40,474 nucleotides of DNA from positions 1 to 40,474 of the forward strand of contig JBPCLO010000030.1 of the NCBI GenBank assembly GCA_051003155.1. Direction: 5' to 3'. The stretch is from Fimbriimonadales bacterium. GTDB taxonomy: Bacteria > Armatimonadota > Fimbriimonadia > Fimbriimonadales > ATM1. Below the pieces are notes generated by a model. That model made no database searches. It saw only the letters and a program-made list of their open reading frames with translations, and was not told the DNA's origin. Below, in pieces: positions 28,801-37,960 of this stretch (position 1 is its first letter; every line of letters starts with the position of its first letter). The position numbers were made by a program, and so were the translations under genes.

Positions 28801-30185
28801 GAGAGCCAGTCCTCCAATCGGCGACCTTTCCGATCGGATCCGCCATCCGGTTTTTGCCCAGCAGCAACGCTTCCGTTTCCGTCTGTTGCAACCGGGCCGT
28901 TATCGTCCGCGACGTAACGAGGCATTAGGTCGCCGAGAGACTCAAGGAACTGCTGTGCGATTGGGCTAACTTTTCCCGGATCATACAAGAGGGGCGCATT
29001 GACTTCGATTTCAAAAGCCGGAGAGCCGCGCTGCCATAGCAATGCGCTTCCAACTTCGAGCGACGCGAGATCGAACGATTTTGAATTCCCGGTTAGATCG
29101 CGATTCAGCACCTCGGCATCTTGGTGGGCGGTCCTAAAAACGACTTTTACACCGACGTTCCCGAGGATGAGCGACCGCATTTTCGGCGAGATTTGGGCCA
29201 GCGTTTGGTGAGACAATACGAGTGAAAATTTGAAACGCCGCCCTTCGGCCAGAATTGTTTCGAAATCTCGCATTCCGAAATGCTCGAATTCATCGACGAA
29301 AAGTCTTATTGGATTACGGTCGCCTTCCGAAATGCCGACCCGCGAGAAGACCTCTCGGCAAATTGACGAGAGCAGGATGGAGCCGACCATCCAGCCTGCG
29401 CCGTGAAGTTCGTCAACGGCAAGCGAAATTACGGTAACGCTGCCAGGCGTGTTCAATTGCTTGGCAAGGTCAATTGGCTCCGGATGGCCGAACATTCTGC
29501 GAAGCGACTCAGTAGCGACGAGCAGGCTTACTTTATTAAGAACTGGGGCAGCCAAGGATGCTTGCCGGTCGACCGGAAGAGAGTCATATCTTGTCCAAAA
29601 AGATTTGACCGCGGCCGATTTTGCTTTTGCAATCAGCGCTCGCCGTATCGTGGGGTTGTGGAATAGCCCCTCCATTTGTGTGAGGTTGCTACTAGCTTCG
29701 GCAAGAATCATCGTCGCGTTGCGAAGCGTTTCAGCCAATTGCACTCCCCACGACTCAGATTCGGCAGCGACGGCGTCAAGAAGCGCAAGTGCCCGGTAAT
29801 AGGGTTCGCCGGCCCCTGCAAGGGGATTGAATCCGACCGGGTTCTGCTTTTCCCTGAGGTTGAAAAAGCGAACGAGTTCTGGATCAATGCTAGCGCGTGC
29901 GGCCAACTCAATTGCCGCCATCGCCATATCGCCGCGACCGTCGAGTACGATCAACGAGTGTCCTCGCATCAGATCACCGGCAATGAGATGGTGGAGCAGA
30001 TTTGTCTTACCGCTGCCAGTGGCACCGAGGGCAAGGGCATGCGTCGCGAGTGTGCTCGGCGGCAAACTGACGAGTGCTTCGCTGAAGCGCCGGCACGTCA
30101 ATTGCCAGTGTTTACGTACCCCAATCCAATGTACCGGTATCCGCTCAGCCCGCCGCCGCCGACTTTTCATCGGGCGCATCGCCAC
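28797..30185 (-). CDS. VirD4/TrwB-like type IV coupling ATPase without TM anchor
   Basis: Walker A GATGSGKT, FNPL, Walker B LFVDEF, EGRRFKFSLVLSHQTLAQI, ILGNVG..VVFR. Confidence 0.85.
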   Translation of the reverse strand: MAMRPMKSRRRRAERIPVHWIGVRKHWQLTCRRFSEALVSLPPSTLATHALALGATGSGKTNLLHHLIAGDLMRGHSLIVLDGRGDMAMAAIELAARASIDPELVRFFNLREKQNPVGFNPLAGAGEPYYRALALLDAVAAESESWGVQLAETLRNATMILAEASSNLTQMEGLFHNPTIRRALIAKAKSAAVKSFWTRYDSLPVDRQASLAAPVLNKVSLLVATESLRRMFGHPEPIDLAKQLNTPGSVTVISLAVDELHGAGWMVGSILLSSICREVFSRVGISEGDRNPIRLFVDEFEHFGMRDFETILAEGRRFKFSLVLSHQTLAQISPKMRSLILGNVGVKVVFRTAHQDAEVLNRDLTGNSKSFDLASLEVGSALLWQRGSPAFEIEVNAPLLYDPGKVSPIAQQFLESLGDLMPRYVADDNGPVATDGNGSVAAGQKPDGGSDRKGRRLEDWLS

Positions 30186-30442
30186 GCTTTTTCGGCCAAA
30201 TGCCCAAGAGCGGCCTCAGCAAATTGGCTGGCTACCGCTGGCTGCCCGTCTAAGGCGGCCGACACGGCCTCGCAAAGCAACAGTTCGACCTCCACTGCAA
30301 GCGAAACTGGCACCCGTTTCCATTCTTGGAAAATTCGGAGTAGGGTAAGTCGATCGATTCCAGAGCTACGGCAAGACTTGACACTCGTATCGGATTGCGA
30401 TACGGTGCGCCGGTGGGTGGATGGTTGTTTCATCTGCTTCAC
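30167..30442 (-). CDS. Hypothetical protein, first gene of mobilization operon
   Basis: Overlaps the start of the coupling ATPase; same strand. Confidence 0.5.
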   Translation of the reverse strand: MKQMKQPSTHRRTVSQSDTSVKSCRSSGIDRLTLLRIFQEWKRVPVSLAVEVELLLCEAVSAALDGQPAVASQFAEAALGHLAEKAWRCAR

Positions 30443-30685
30443 ATCGCCGGGTCGCCGCTGTTACGGCGCCCGGCACTCTTTATATATAATATATACCGAC
30501 GAAATTGCTGTCATTATCGGCATAATTTGACGGGATGAGGCATTACTAGGTGATGTCCGTCCCATCCGCCGAACCGATGCCGTAATGGCCGCCCCCGGCT
30601 TGTTTTATGTGGTACCCAAGAAACTTCTGTCACTTTTGCCGCGAAATGACAAGCCGCAGATGCGTCTATTGATCAAGAAGCGAAA

Positions 30686-32371
30686 ATGCACCGAACTACC
30701 CGGAAATCGCACCCCGTCTGGCAAGACTTCACCAAGTTTGCGCAGGATCTGTACGCAAGGTCCGGCTGCAAGCCCAGCAAGTTCACAAAATTTTATGAAA
30801 AACCGAACCGCCCATCATTCCTAATGTCTGCTTCCGCTAGTCATGGAGAGAAAGCGTGGAAAAGGAACGATGTCGTTAACCTCATCGCCGCAATAGGTTC
30901 TCAGCTTTCGGAGCAGGACATCCTCAGCATTGAATATGCTTTTAAAGCTGCCTGTTCAATAGCCGAATCATCCGATCCTCTGCCCGAGATCGATGTTACC
31001 GACTATATCAATAGTAATGGTCGGATCAATTGGCGCGCGATTGAGGACGCGGAGCCCGACCATGCACGCGTTTTTGTCATCGCCGAAGAACTCCTTAACC
31101 AGCCTTGCAGCTTAGCGTTCAAGAAAAGGCTGCGCGACTTAATGCATGAGGCAAAAAAGTGGTTAACAACTTTCCAACTTGCTGACCGGCTCTTCCTCGC
31201 GCTCAAAGCAATTTCCAGCGGGTCGATGCCATCGCAGGAGAGGGGCTCTTTTGAATACATGCGTTGGTTCTTCGAGATGATAGATTGGATCGAGAACCTG
31301 GCGCAGCCGACTTTCGCTACAGTTAGATCTTCAATTTCTGACACTTCCTACGTTAATTGGGACGTTCTAGAGTTCGGTCGCGACTTGTTCCTCGTGGATA
31401 TGGAGTTATGTCGGATGTTAGCCAACATTGACCATATACCGTTTAAGATGCGAGAGGAGGAATTCAATGTTGAGTCAACTGCCGATAATCAATTTCTGTG
31501 CGGCAGAGCTCTATACAAGGCATTTACCGCCGAAAGAGCGCGCGCCTTTAATCAAGGAAAAATAAAGCTGTGCGCCGACTTGAGCCGTTCTGCTCTCGAT
31601 GACGGATCCATCGCGTTGTTGCAGCCGTCAAATTACTATTCTGCCATAGCCACAAACGAGGCTGCAAACTTAATACTGCACAGCAGAGTTGGCCAGCGGA
31701 CACTTAGGGGAGATGTCTTTTGCATGGTGAACGGCACTATGCGAAAGCTTATAGACTCGCGATGCTCCAGCCAAATCGGCGGAAACTCGCTGGCATTTAC
31801 TACTGATGGATACCTGGGTCTCCATATTCAAACCGAAGACAACTTCGTTGGCAAAGGGCTATCCCCGTCTTGCTCAGGTTCGATAGATCTTGAGGATGTG
31901 CAAGCCGCAACCCACTTAGGAGAGTTGATCGTCAGCGGCACGGAGAGAGAGTTGCGCGAGGAAGCGCAGGTGCGTAAGAACGAACAGACTACGCGACTTA
32001 TGGGCTATGCGATTTGCGCACACCGGGGTTACAAGCCGGACTTCTTCTTAGTAACCAGACTCAAAATGACGCTAGCCGATCTTCGCGGACGCCACGTTGC
32101 ACGCGACGCTAGTATCGAAGAATTTGTTGGACCACACTACTATGTTGAAGTAGGGAAGTCGGCATTCGAAGTCATATCGTCAATAGAGAGGCTCCTTGAC
32201 TCATGTACCTACAAGCTTCCCGAATCTAATGGAGAAGGTACGACAGAGGTCCCGTTCGGAAATGTTCTCATCCTTGCGCTTACGCTGCTTCATATGCACC
32301 TGACTTACTGCCGAGACTCCGTCATATCGCAGTTCCTATTTGACAGCCAAGCTGGGCTCGCAACGGTCTGA
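30686..32371 (+). CDS. Hypothetical protein with C-terminal NUDIX-like domain
   Basis: 561-aa ORF; IG.NSLAFTTDGYL...SCSGSID...ERELREE...KPDFF resembles a NUDIX fold with RELxEE box. Confidence 0.7.
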   Translation: MHRTTRKSHPVWQDFTKFAQDLYARSGCKPSKFTKFYEKPNRPSFLMSASASHGEKAWKRNDVVNLIAAIGSQLSEQDILSIEYAFKAACSIAESSDPLPEIDVTDYINSNGRINWRAIEDAEPDHARVFVIAEELLNQPCSLAFKKRLRDLMHEAKKWLTTFQLADRLFLALKAISSGSMPSQERGSFEYMRWFFEMIDWIENLAQPTFATVRSSISDTSYVNWDVLEFGRDLFLVDMELCRMLANIDHIPFKMREEEFNVESTADNQFLCGRALYKAFTAERARAFNQGKIKLCADLSRSALDDGSIALLQPSNYYSAIATNEAANLILHSRVGQRTLRGDVFCMVNGTMRKLIDSRCSSQIGGNSLAFTTDGYLGLHIQTEDNFVGKGLSPSCSGSIDLEDVQAATHLGELIVSGTERELREEAQVRKNEQTTRLMGYAICAHRGYKPDFFLVTRLKMTLADLRGRHVARDASIEEFVGPHYYVEVGKSAFEVISSIERLLDSCTYKLPESNGEGTTEVPFGNVLILALTLLHMHLTYCRDSVISQFLFDSQAGLATV

Positions 32372-32628
32372 CCGCTTCACCGTATCGATTGCAACTCGAT
32401 TATTAACCCGGTCCCAACCACGGTCTAGGGGGCGGTCAAGCCTGGCCGTAGTAATTTAGTTGCTGCTCAGTTCAAACCAAAACTCAACCCCCTCATGCCT
32501 GAGGGTAATACACTCGCTCCTCTCTCCTCACTCCCGCGTTCGTCGTTCGTCACTCCTTCCTTCCCTCAAGGTCATTCGGGCCCGCCGGGGGCGGGATTGA
32601 GGCTGTTTAGCGTCGAACCTCACCAAAG

Positions 32629-32940
32629 TTAATCCTCATGGACCACAATCAGAGATAGAGCAAGCCCATAAGCTTCAAGGTGCCTAACGTCTTCGTGCAC
32701 GGCATAGCGATGTGTTTCGCTAAGCTCAGGAAACCAAACCTCGGCACTTACCTGCTCGGCCTTATCGCCGTCTGCAAGTGCGTTCCAAGCCAAAGAGTCC
32801 TGGTGTAACGCTGTACCGGTCAAGCTGTCGCGGTTTTACTTGATGTGACAGGCACTAAAGTTCTTACGACAAGCTGTCGCTACCCAGTAGTAATTGCCTC
32901 CCCGAAGGCTCATCGCTAAAACCAAGGGTTCTAGACGGGT
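32629..32940 (-). pseudogene. C-terminal relic of an ImmA/IrrE-type metallopeptidase
   Basis: EPLVLAMS..G..YW...(TAA at 32836-32838)...G..LHQDSLA...VWF...E.....YG.ALSLI resembles the IrrE-family C-terminal domain; no HExxH present. Confidence 0.45.
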
Positions 32941-33096
32941 CTTCGGTCGGATAAGAATGGGGGGTGCAATCTGACTGATCCTCAAAAGCCTTAGGTTCCT
33001 TTCGTCAAGAACAATACATGCAATGTAGAGCCATGCTGTATCCAGCGGGCGACAGAATCCTTAAACGATGCGATTGGCACCGGGACGTGCAAAGAC

Positions 33097-34041
33097 TCAA
33101 GACGTTCCTTGATCAGACCTCTTGGACTTCTTGGTGGACGCCTTGCGCAGATCGGCCTCGAACTGCTCTTTCTTAGTAGGTGCGTTGAGTCCGAAATCGT
33201 GCGTCGGGGTGCTCGCATCGAGGTACTTCTTTTCTTCTTTACGGCGCGCCTTGACCAGCAACTCGCTCATGAGAATGTCCGTAATCTTAGAAACGGGCGT
33301 TATAATCGCAATACCCATGTTGACGCCCTTCAATTCCTCGCTCCTCCAACCCTCGGCATCCATCTGGTGATCCCAATGCCCCCGAACTAAGCCGATCAGT
33401 CGAAGGTGCCAGCTCATGTTTACGTCGAGCCCTCTAAGGTGCCCCGGTTCTTTCACCGCAAATACGGGTGAACCGCTCAACCCACCAATAGAGCGTGATT
33501 CGATGAGATAGGCATCGTATGGTAAGCCGGTGCTCACATCTTCGAGTGGTTCTTCGGGCATCGCCGCGAGCGTCCCCGTCCGAAGAATCGGGATGTTCCT
33601 TACAACCCCATAGCGCTCCGTAAACAATCCTGGAACGGCAACGTCGTCTCCGATACCAATGTCGAGTTCCCTGATCTCGTCTTCTGTCGCGAATATCTCA
33701 TGCTCAATACGGGCACAATCCATGGCGTTGGTCATCATAATTGGAAGAATAGCGACGTCATCGGCATCGTTCTCGTGGAAGATCCAGTCACCCGTGACCT
33801 TAACGTATGCCCGTGCTCCCGATACGAGATTAATCGAGATGTAAAGCCCTCCCCCGTGCTCGGTCGCCTTTACTATATTATGACGGGCAGTCACGAGGTA
33901 GCTAAAATGTCCGTCCACCTTCTCACCGGACATCGCCACGAAGAAGCCGGTTCCACCGTGCTTGTACAATGTGCTAGCGCCCTCGGAGTGCTGGACACAG
34001 ATGAAACATACGGCTTTGGTGAAGTAGTCCGGTATTCGCAA
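33097..34041 (-). CDS. Trypsin-like serine protease (cytoplasmic)
   Basis: GTGFFV, LVTARH (His), DDVAIL (Asp), GGLSGSPVF (Ser); no signal peptide. Confidence 0.88.
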   Translation of the reverse strand: MRIPDYFTKAVCFICVQHSEGASTLYKHGGTGFFVAMSGEKVDGHFSYLVTARHNIVKATEHGGGLYISINLVSGARAYVKVTGDWIFHENDADDVAILPIMMTNAMDCARIEHEIFATEDEIRELDIGIGDDVAVPGLFTERYGVVRNIPILRTGTLAAMPEEPLEDVSTGLPYDAYLIESRSIGGLSGSPVFAVKEPGHLRGLDVNMSWHLRLIGLVRGHWDHQMDAEGWRSEELKGVNMGIAIITPVSKITDILMSELLVKARRKEEKKYLDASTPTHDFGLNAPTKKEQFEADLRKASTKKSKRSDQGTS

Positions 34042-34145
34042 TCCGAAGTCCTTGGGCTCTCCCCAATAATACTTAGGAGGGGCCCATCTGATAGTCAGTT
34101 ATGAATCTTAGCATTCCATCTTACCTACCGCGAGGGGATACTTAC

Positions 34146-34757
34146 CTAAATCTTAGCTATCTGTCCATTTACGAATCGAAACTCCATTTCCATAGGCATT
34201 GTTGGGCAACAAGCCCCATCTTCCGGCCCTACGCCCATTATCTTCACAATGATCGTTTGATCTAGCACTTGTACTGATTGAGCATCGATCCTGTCTGCGA
34301 AAAAGCTGTAAGGCTCACTTGTGCTGGCGATCTCGGTATACTCCAAGCCAGTCTTCTTTAAGACAACCAACTCTGGGAAGTGCCCCGTACCACCGAAATT
34401 ACCAAGCTTTACTGCCGCGCCCTCCTCAACACCGTCACCATCGAGGTCGCCGCGACCAGATGCATCGATATGGTAATAACCGGTCTTGCCCGGAATACGA
34501 TACTTGCCAGCGAAGAAGGGTACAAGCTCCTCTGCCCCGGAGCTCTCATCGAAATCAACCTTAAGATACGCAATTCTATAATTTGCGAAGTTAAGAGGGT
34601 CCGATTCTTTCAACCAGAAGAGTGTTTCCTTCTGCTGCTCTTGTATGATCGGGTCGGTTTCGCTTGCAGCAAGAAAAGTGTTGTTCTTTGAGCTAACCCT
34701 GCCTAAGAAGAAAGAAGCAACAACTAAAAGAAAAGCAACGGCAAGCATGTTTCTCAT
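34146..34757 (-). CDS. Exported/membrane-anchored hypothetical protein
   Basis: N-terminal hydrophobic helix, GDLDGDGVEE Ca-binding-like loop, GGTG.F, C-terminal GPEDGACCPT. Confidence 0.7.
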   Translation of the reverse strand: MRNMLAVAFLLVVASFFLGRVSSKNNTFLAASETDPIIQEQQKETLFWLKESDPLNFANYRIAYLKVDFDESSGAEELVPFFAGKYRIPGKTGYYHIDASGRGDLDGDGVEEGAAVKLGNFGGTGHFPELVVLKKTGLEYTEIASTSEPYSFFADRIDAQSVQVLDQTIIVKIMGVGPEDGACCPTMPMEMEFRFVNGQIAKI

Positions 34758-34993
34758 TTCTCTTTGAATTTATGCCTTTGCAGGTGATTGGGCAATACCC
34801 AAAAGCTACTAACTTAGAATTAACTGATAAGGATCTGGCGGATCGCAATTCAAAGCGGGTCAACCGTTAATTGTTTCGAACAGCCTATGACGTGGAACGC
34901 GCTTCGTTCGTTCTGTCGAAGAAACAGGGCTCGCACAGGCCAGCAGGGCTTGAAAAGCTAGTTGCTAGGAGGACACCCTCCGGGAGCAACAAC

Positions 34994-35887
34994 TTGGCAA
35001 AGCGCCTTTACAAACAAAACAGCCGCGGCAACGCCGCAAACAATTCTTCGTCAATTTACGACCGCGTGACCAGTCAGATTCTGTCTGCGTTGGCGAGCGG
35101 TGTCATTCCTTGGAGAAAGCCCTGGAAGGGGCGGGAGTTCCTACCCTGTAACGCCGTTTCGAAACGAACCTACAACGGAGTCAACCTCCTGCTACTTGGG
35201 TTGGCACCGTTCTCTGATCATCGCTGGATGACCGTCCGACAGGCCAATGAGCTTGGCGGTCATGTTCGCAAAGGTGAGCATGGCGCAATCGTTGTCTTTT
35301 GGAAGATCATTGAACGCGACGGCGATGAGTCGGAGCCGAAGCGGACAATGCCACTTCTTCGGCACCACTATGTGTTCAACGCTGAACAGATCGAGGGCTT
35401 CTCGCTGGAAGACGTTCCCCCCGCAACGACCCTTGACAGGATCGAGGAAGCGGAGGAGGTGGTCCGACGCATGCCGAACCCGCCGCGCTTAATCGAACAT
35501 TCGAGTGGTGCGTTCTATCGTCCCGCTGACGACACCGTTGCTATGCCGAGGATCGAACGGTTTGTCTCAGCGGACCACTACTATTGCACCCTCATGCACG
35601 AACTGGGACACGCCACCGGGCACCCGGACCGATTGAATAGGCCCGGTGTCGCAGGTGCGAGGCAGTTCGGATGGGAGGACTACAGCCGTGAGGAGCTTGT
35701 GGCAGAGCTGGCCTCTGCCTTCGTGTGCGCGGAGATCGGTCTAGACAACAGCCTTGTATCGAACGCCGCTAGCTACATCGACGGCTGGCTGGACGCGCTG
35801 AATCGTGACCCAAGGGCAATCGTGCAAGCGTCGAGCCATGCTCGTCGTGCCACTGACTACATCCTGGGTATGTCTTCTTCACGCTGA
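34994..35887 (+). CDS. ardC: ArdC-family antirestriction protein (ssDNA-binding + zincin domain)
   Basis: IYDRVT..I, PWRKPW, YNGVN, WMT.RQA..LGG.VRKGE, VFNAEQ, AFY.P..D, HELGHATGH, YSREELVAE. TTG start at 34994 after GGAG. Confidence 0.92.
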   Translation: MAKRLYKQNSRGNAANNSSSIYDRVTSQILSALASGVIPWRKPWKGREFLPCNAVSKRTYNGVNLLLLGLAPFSDHRWMTVRQANELGGHVRKGEHGAIVVFWKIIERDGDESEPKRTMPLLRHHYVFNAEQIEGFSLEDVPPATTLDRIEEAEEVVRRMPNPPRLIEHSSGAFYRPADDTVAMPRIERFVSADHYYCTLMHELGHATGHPDRLNRPGVAGARQFGWEDYSREELVAELASAFVCAEIGLDNSLVSNAASYIDGWLDALNRDPRAIVQASSHARRATDYILGMSSSR

Positions 35888-35898
35888 CCAACCCTTCC

Positions 35899-35928
35899 GC
35901 CCCGCCGCTAAGGCGGGGCTTCACTGTT
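35899..35928 (+). terminator. Possible terminator after ardC
   Basis: gccccgcc-gctaa-ggcggggc followed by ttcactgtt. Confidence 0.5.
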
Positions 35929-36148
35929 TGGACTCCCGACTAGGAAGCTGTTTAGTAAGTCGCCAATGGTCGTCTCGCCTTGGGTATTGGCGGAACATAG
36001 CGTGTTTCGAGCTGCTGGACTGCTCGGCTGACCGATACCCGCTCGGGACGCGTTGCCGTTTCGGCGGAGGAGCACGCTGACAGTTGTCAGGCTGCTCTCC
36101 CTGTTCCCATCGATGCTGATGAAGATGTATGATGGATTCATCATCCCA

Positions 36149-37258
36149 ATGATAGTTCTCGCTTTAAGGAACCTCACGAAGGACAGGGGCCGGCTCGCAC
36201 TAAGCATTTCGGCAATAGGACTTGCTCTGACGCTTATGATGATGTTGTCAGGCATCTTCCACGGATCGCTCGCACGAGACGTCAAATACATTCAAGAGAT
36301 TGATGCCGATCTGTTTGTTTTTGCGAAAGGGACCGCAGCGTATTATCAAGTCTCCACTCCACTGTCAATGGCTTCACTACAAAAGCTTCGACACTTGCAG
36401 GAAGTTGCAGATGTTACGCCTGTTTACACGGTCCGAGCGGCCCTAGAAAGCGGAGGGAGGACATTCAGTCTTTACATTTCCGGTTACGATCCTGCCGATG
36501 TCCGATCCGGTCCCTGGGCAGTCATTTCTGGCCATAGGTTGATTCGGGACAACCAAATCGTGCTACCGACGAAGCTCGCGTCAAGATTGAGCCTTGGGGT
36601 GGGAGACGTAATACGGCTATCGGGAAGTAGCAGACCGTTTGAAATCGCTGCTTTGGTGCCCGAGGCGAGTAGCTTTGGACGGCACCATTCATGGGTAACC
36701 GAACGCACTGCCAGCGAGCTTTACCCACTACCAGGTTATGCGACATTTGCCCTCGTAAGACTTTCCAGAGGTGCACCGATCGCGCAGGCAATTGCTGCAA
36801 TGAAGGCCGAGATCCCGAGCGCAAGCGTGAATACAAAAGCCGAGCAATTGGCACTTGCGAGGGACTTTCAAGCAGACTCGTTTTCGCCAGTTCTTAATGC
36901 CATGACCATAATAGCGGCAACGGTCGCGACCCTAATTGTGGGAATAGTCCTTTACAGTTTTGTTCATGAACGCAGAAGAGAGTTGGGCGTCCTTTTAGCG
37001 ATAGGTTTCCAATACATTTCCCTGATCTGTCTAATCTTTCTCCAATCGTTCATGCTATTGTTCGTCAGCTTCGTCGTAGCGTTGATGCTAACAGGTGTCG
37101 CCTCTCGCACGATGGTTACACTCTTGGAGTTTCCATTTCTGCTTGGCCCTCAAGCTGTGGGGAGCTCATTTCTACAGACAGTGGTAATCGCACTTATCGC
37201 CGCAATTCCTTCCGTACGCTTCATCACGTCAGTAGAACCATCGGAGGCTTTCAGGTGA
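36149..37258 (+). CDS. ABC transporter permease (MacB/FtsX-like)
   Basis: LALRNL..R.RL.LS, periplasmic domain, ERRRELGVLLAIG, three C-terminal TMs, P.EAFR. Confidence 0.88.
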   Translation: MIVLALRNLTKDRGRLALSISAIGLALTLMMMLSGIFHGSLARDVKYIQEIDADLFVFAKGTAAYYQVSTPLSMASLQKLRHLQEVADVTPVYTVRAALESGGRTFSLYISGYDPADVRSGPWAVISGHRLIRDNQIVLPTKLASRLSLGVGDVIRLSGSSRPFEIAALVPEASSFGRHHSWVTERTASELYPLPGYATFALVRLSRGAPIAQAIAAMKAEIPSASVNTKAEQLALARDFQADSFSPVLNAMTIIAATVATLIVGIVLYSFVHERRRELGVLLAIGFQYISLICLIFLQSFMLLFVSFVVALMLTGVASRTMVTLLEFPFLLGPQAVGSSFLQTVVIALIAAIPSVRFITSVEPSEAFR

Positions 37259-37956
37259 AACCACTGCTCTCCGGTCGACATCTTTCAAAGACATTCGGCA
37301 ATGGCGTAAACCGGGTGACCGCATTGCACGGCTTCAGCATAGACGTTTGTGCCAGAGAGTTCTTGTTGATCCGTGGTCCATCTGGCTCGGGCAAGACGAC
37401 TCTACTACAAGTCTTGGGTTTATTAACAAGTCCGGATTCAGGATCCATTACGATTCTGCAACAGGATGTTTCGAATTCGAGCCCTCACGTGCGAGCACGA
37501 CTCAGGCAATCGACACTTGGCTTTGTTTTTCAAGACTTCCAATTGATCCGAGCCTTGACATCTGTGGAGAACGTTATGCTGCCGGTAATTGCGAAAGGAA
37601 TGGGCTTAAGAGCTGCACATCGGCTTGCCGAAGAACAGCTGGAGCGATTCGACATGTTGCCCCGCAGCAATGATCCCGTAGAGGTGCTTTCCGGTGGGGA
37701 GAAGCAGCGGGTCGCTATTGCACGTGCACTTGTCAATAATCCGAAGATTCTGCTTGCAGATGAACCTACGGCAAACTTGGACACTGAAAACGGCCAAAGG
37801 TTCATGGAACATCTTCGGTCAGCTACTGAGTCTGGCTTGGCCGTCTTAGTAGCCAGTCACGACGAGCGTCTTCTTAGATTTGCTGATCGGGAACTCATCA
37901 TGCAAGACGGGACATGTCGAAGCGAAAAGCATGTTCGTGCGAACGACGCGCAATGA
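37255..37956 (+). CDS. ABC transporter ATP-binding protein (LolD/MacB-like)
   Basis: GPSGSGKTT, GFVFQ, LSGGEKQRVAIARAL, ADEPTANLD, SHD. Confidence 0.95.
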   Translation: MKPLLSGRHLSKTFGNGVNRVTALHGFSIDVCAREFLLIRGPSGSGKTTLLQVLGLLTSPDSGSITILQQDVSNSSPHVRARLRQSTLGFVFQDFQLIRALTSVENVMLPVIAKGMGLRAAHRLAEEQLERFDMLPRSNDPVEVLSGGEKQRVAIARALVNNPKILLADEPTANLDTENGQRFMEHLRSATESGLAVLVASHDERLLRFADRELIMQDGTCRSEKHVRANDAQ

Positions 37957-37960
37957 GACA

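Noticed and set aside
27511..30442. Prophage interpretation of the xis-containing region
   Set aside because: No capsid, terminase, tail or lysis genes; the relaxase, coupling protein and ArdC point to a mobilizable element.
29676..30530. 284-aa plus-strand ORF
   Set aside because: Antisense shadow of the coupling ATPase with no motifs; the same applies to the many short overlapping ORFs in this GC-rich DNA.
32821..32880. 11-bp direct repeat caagctgtcgc (two copies)
   Set aside because: Only two copies inside a decayed coding relic; insufficient for iterons or a target-site duplication.
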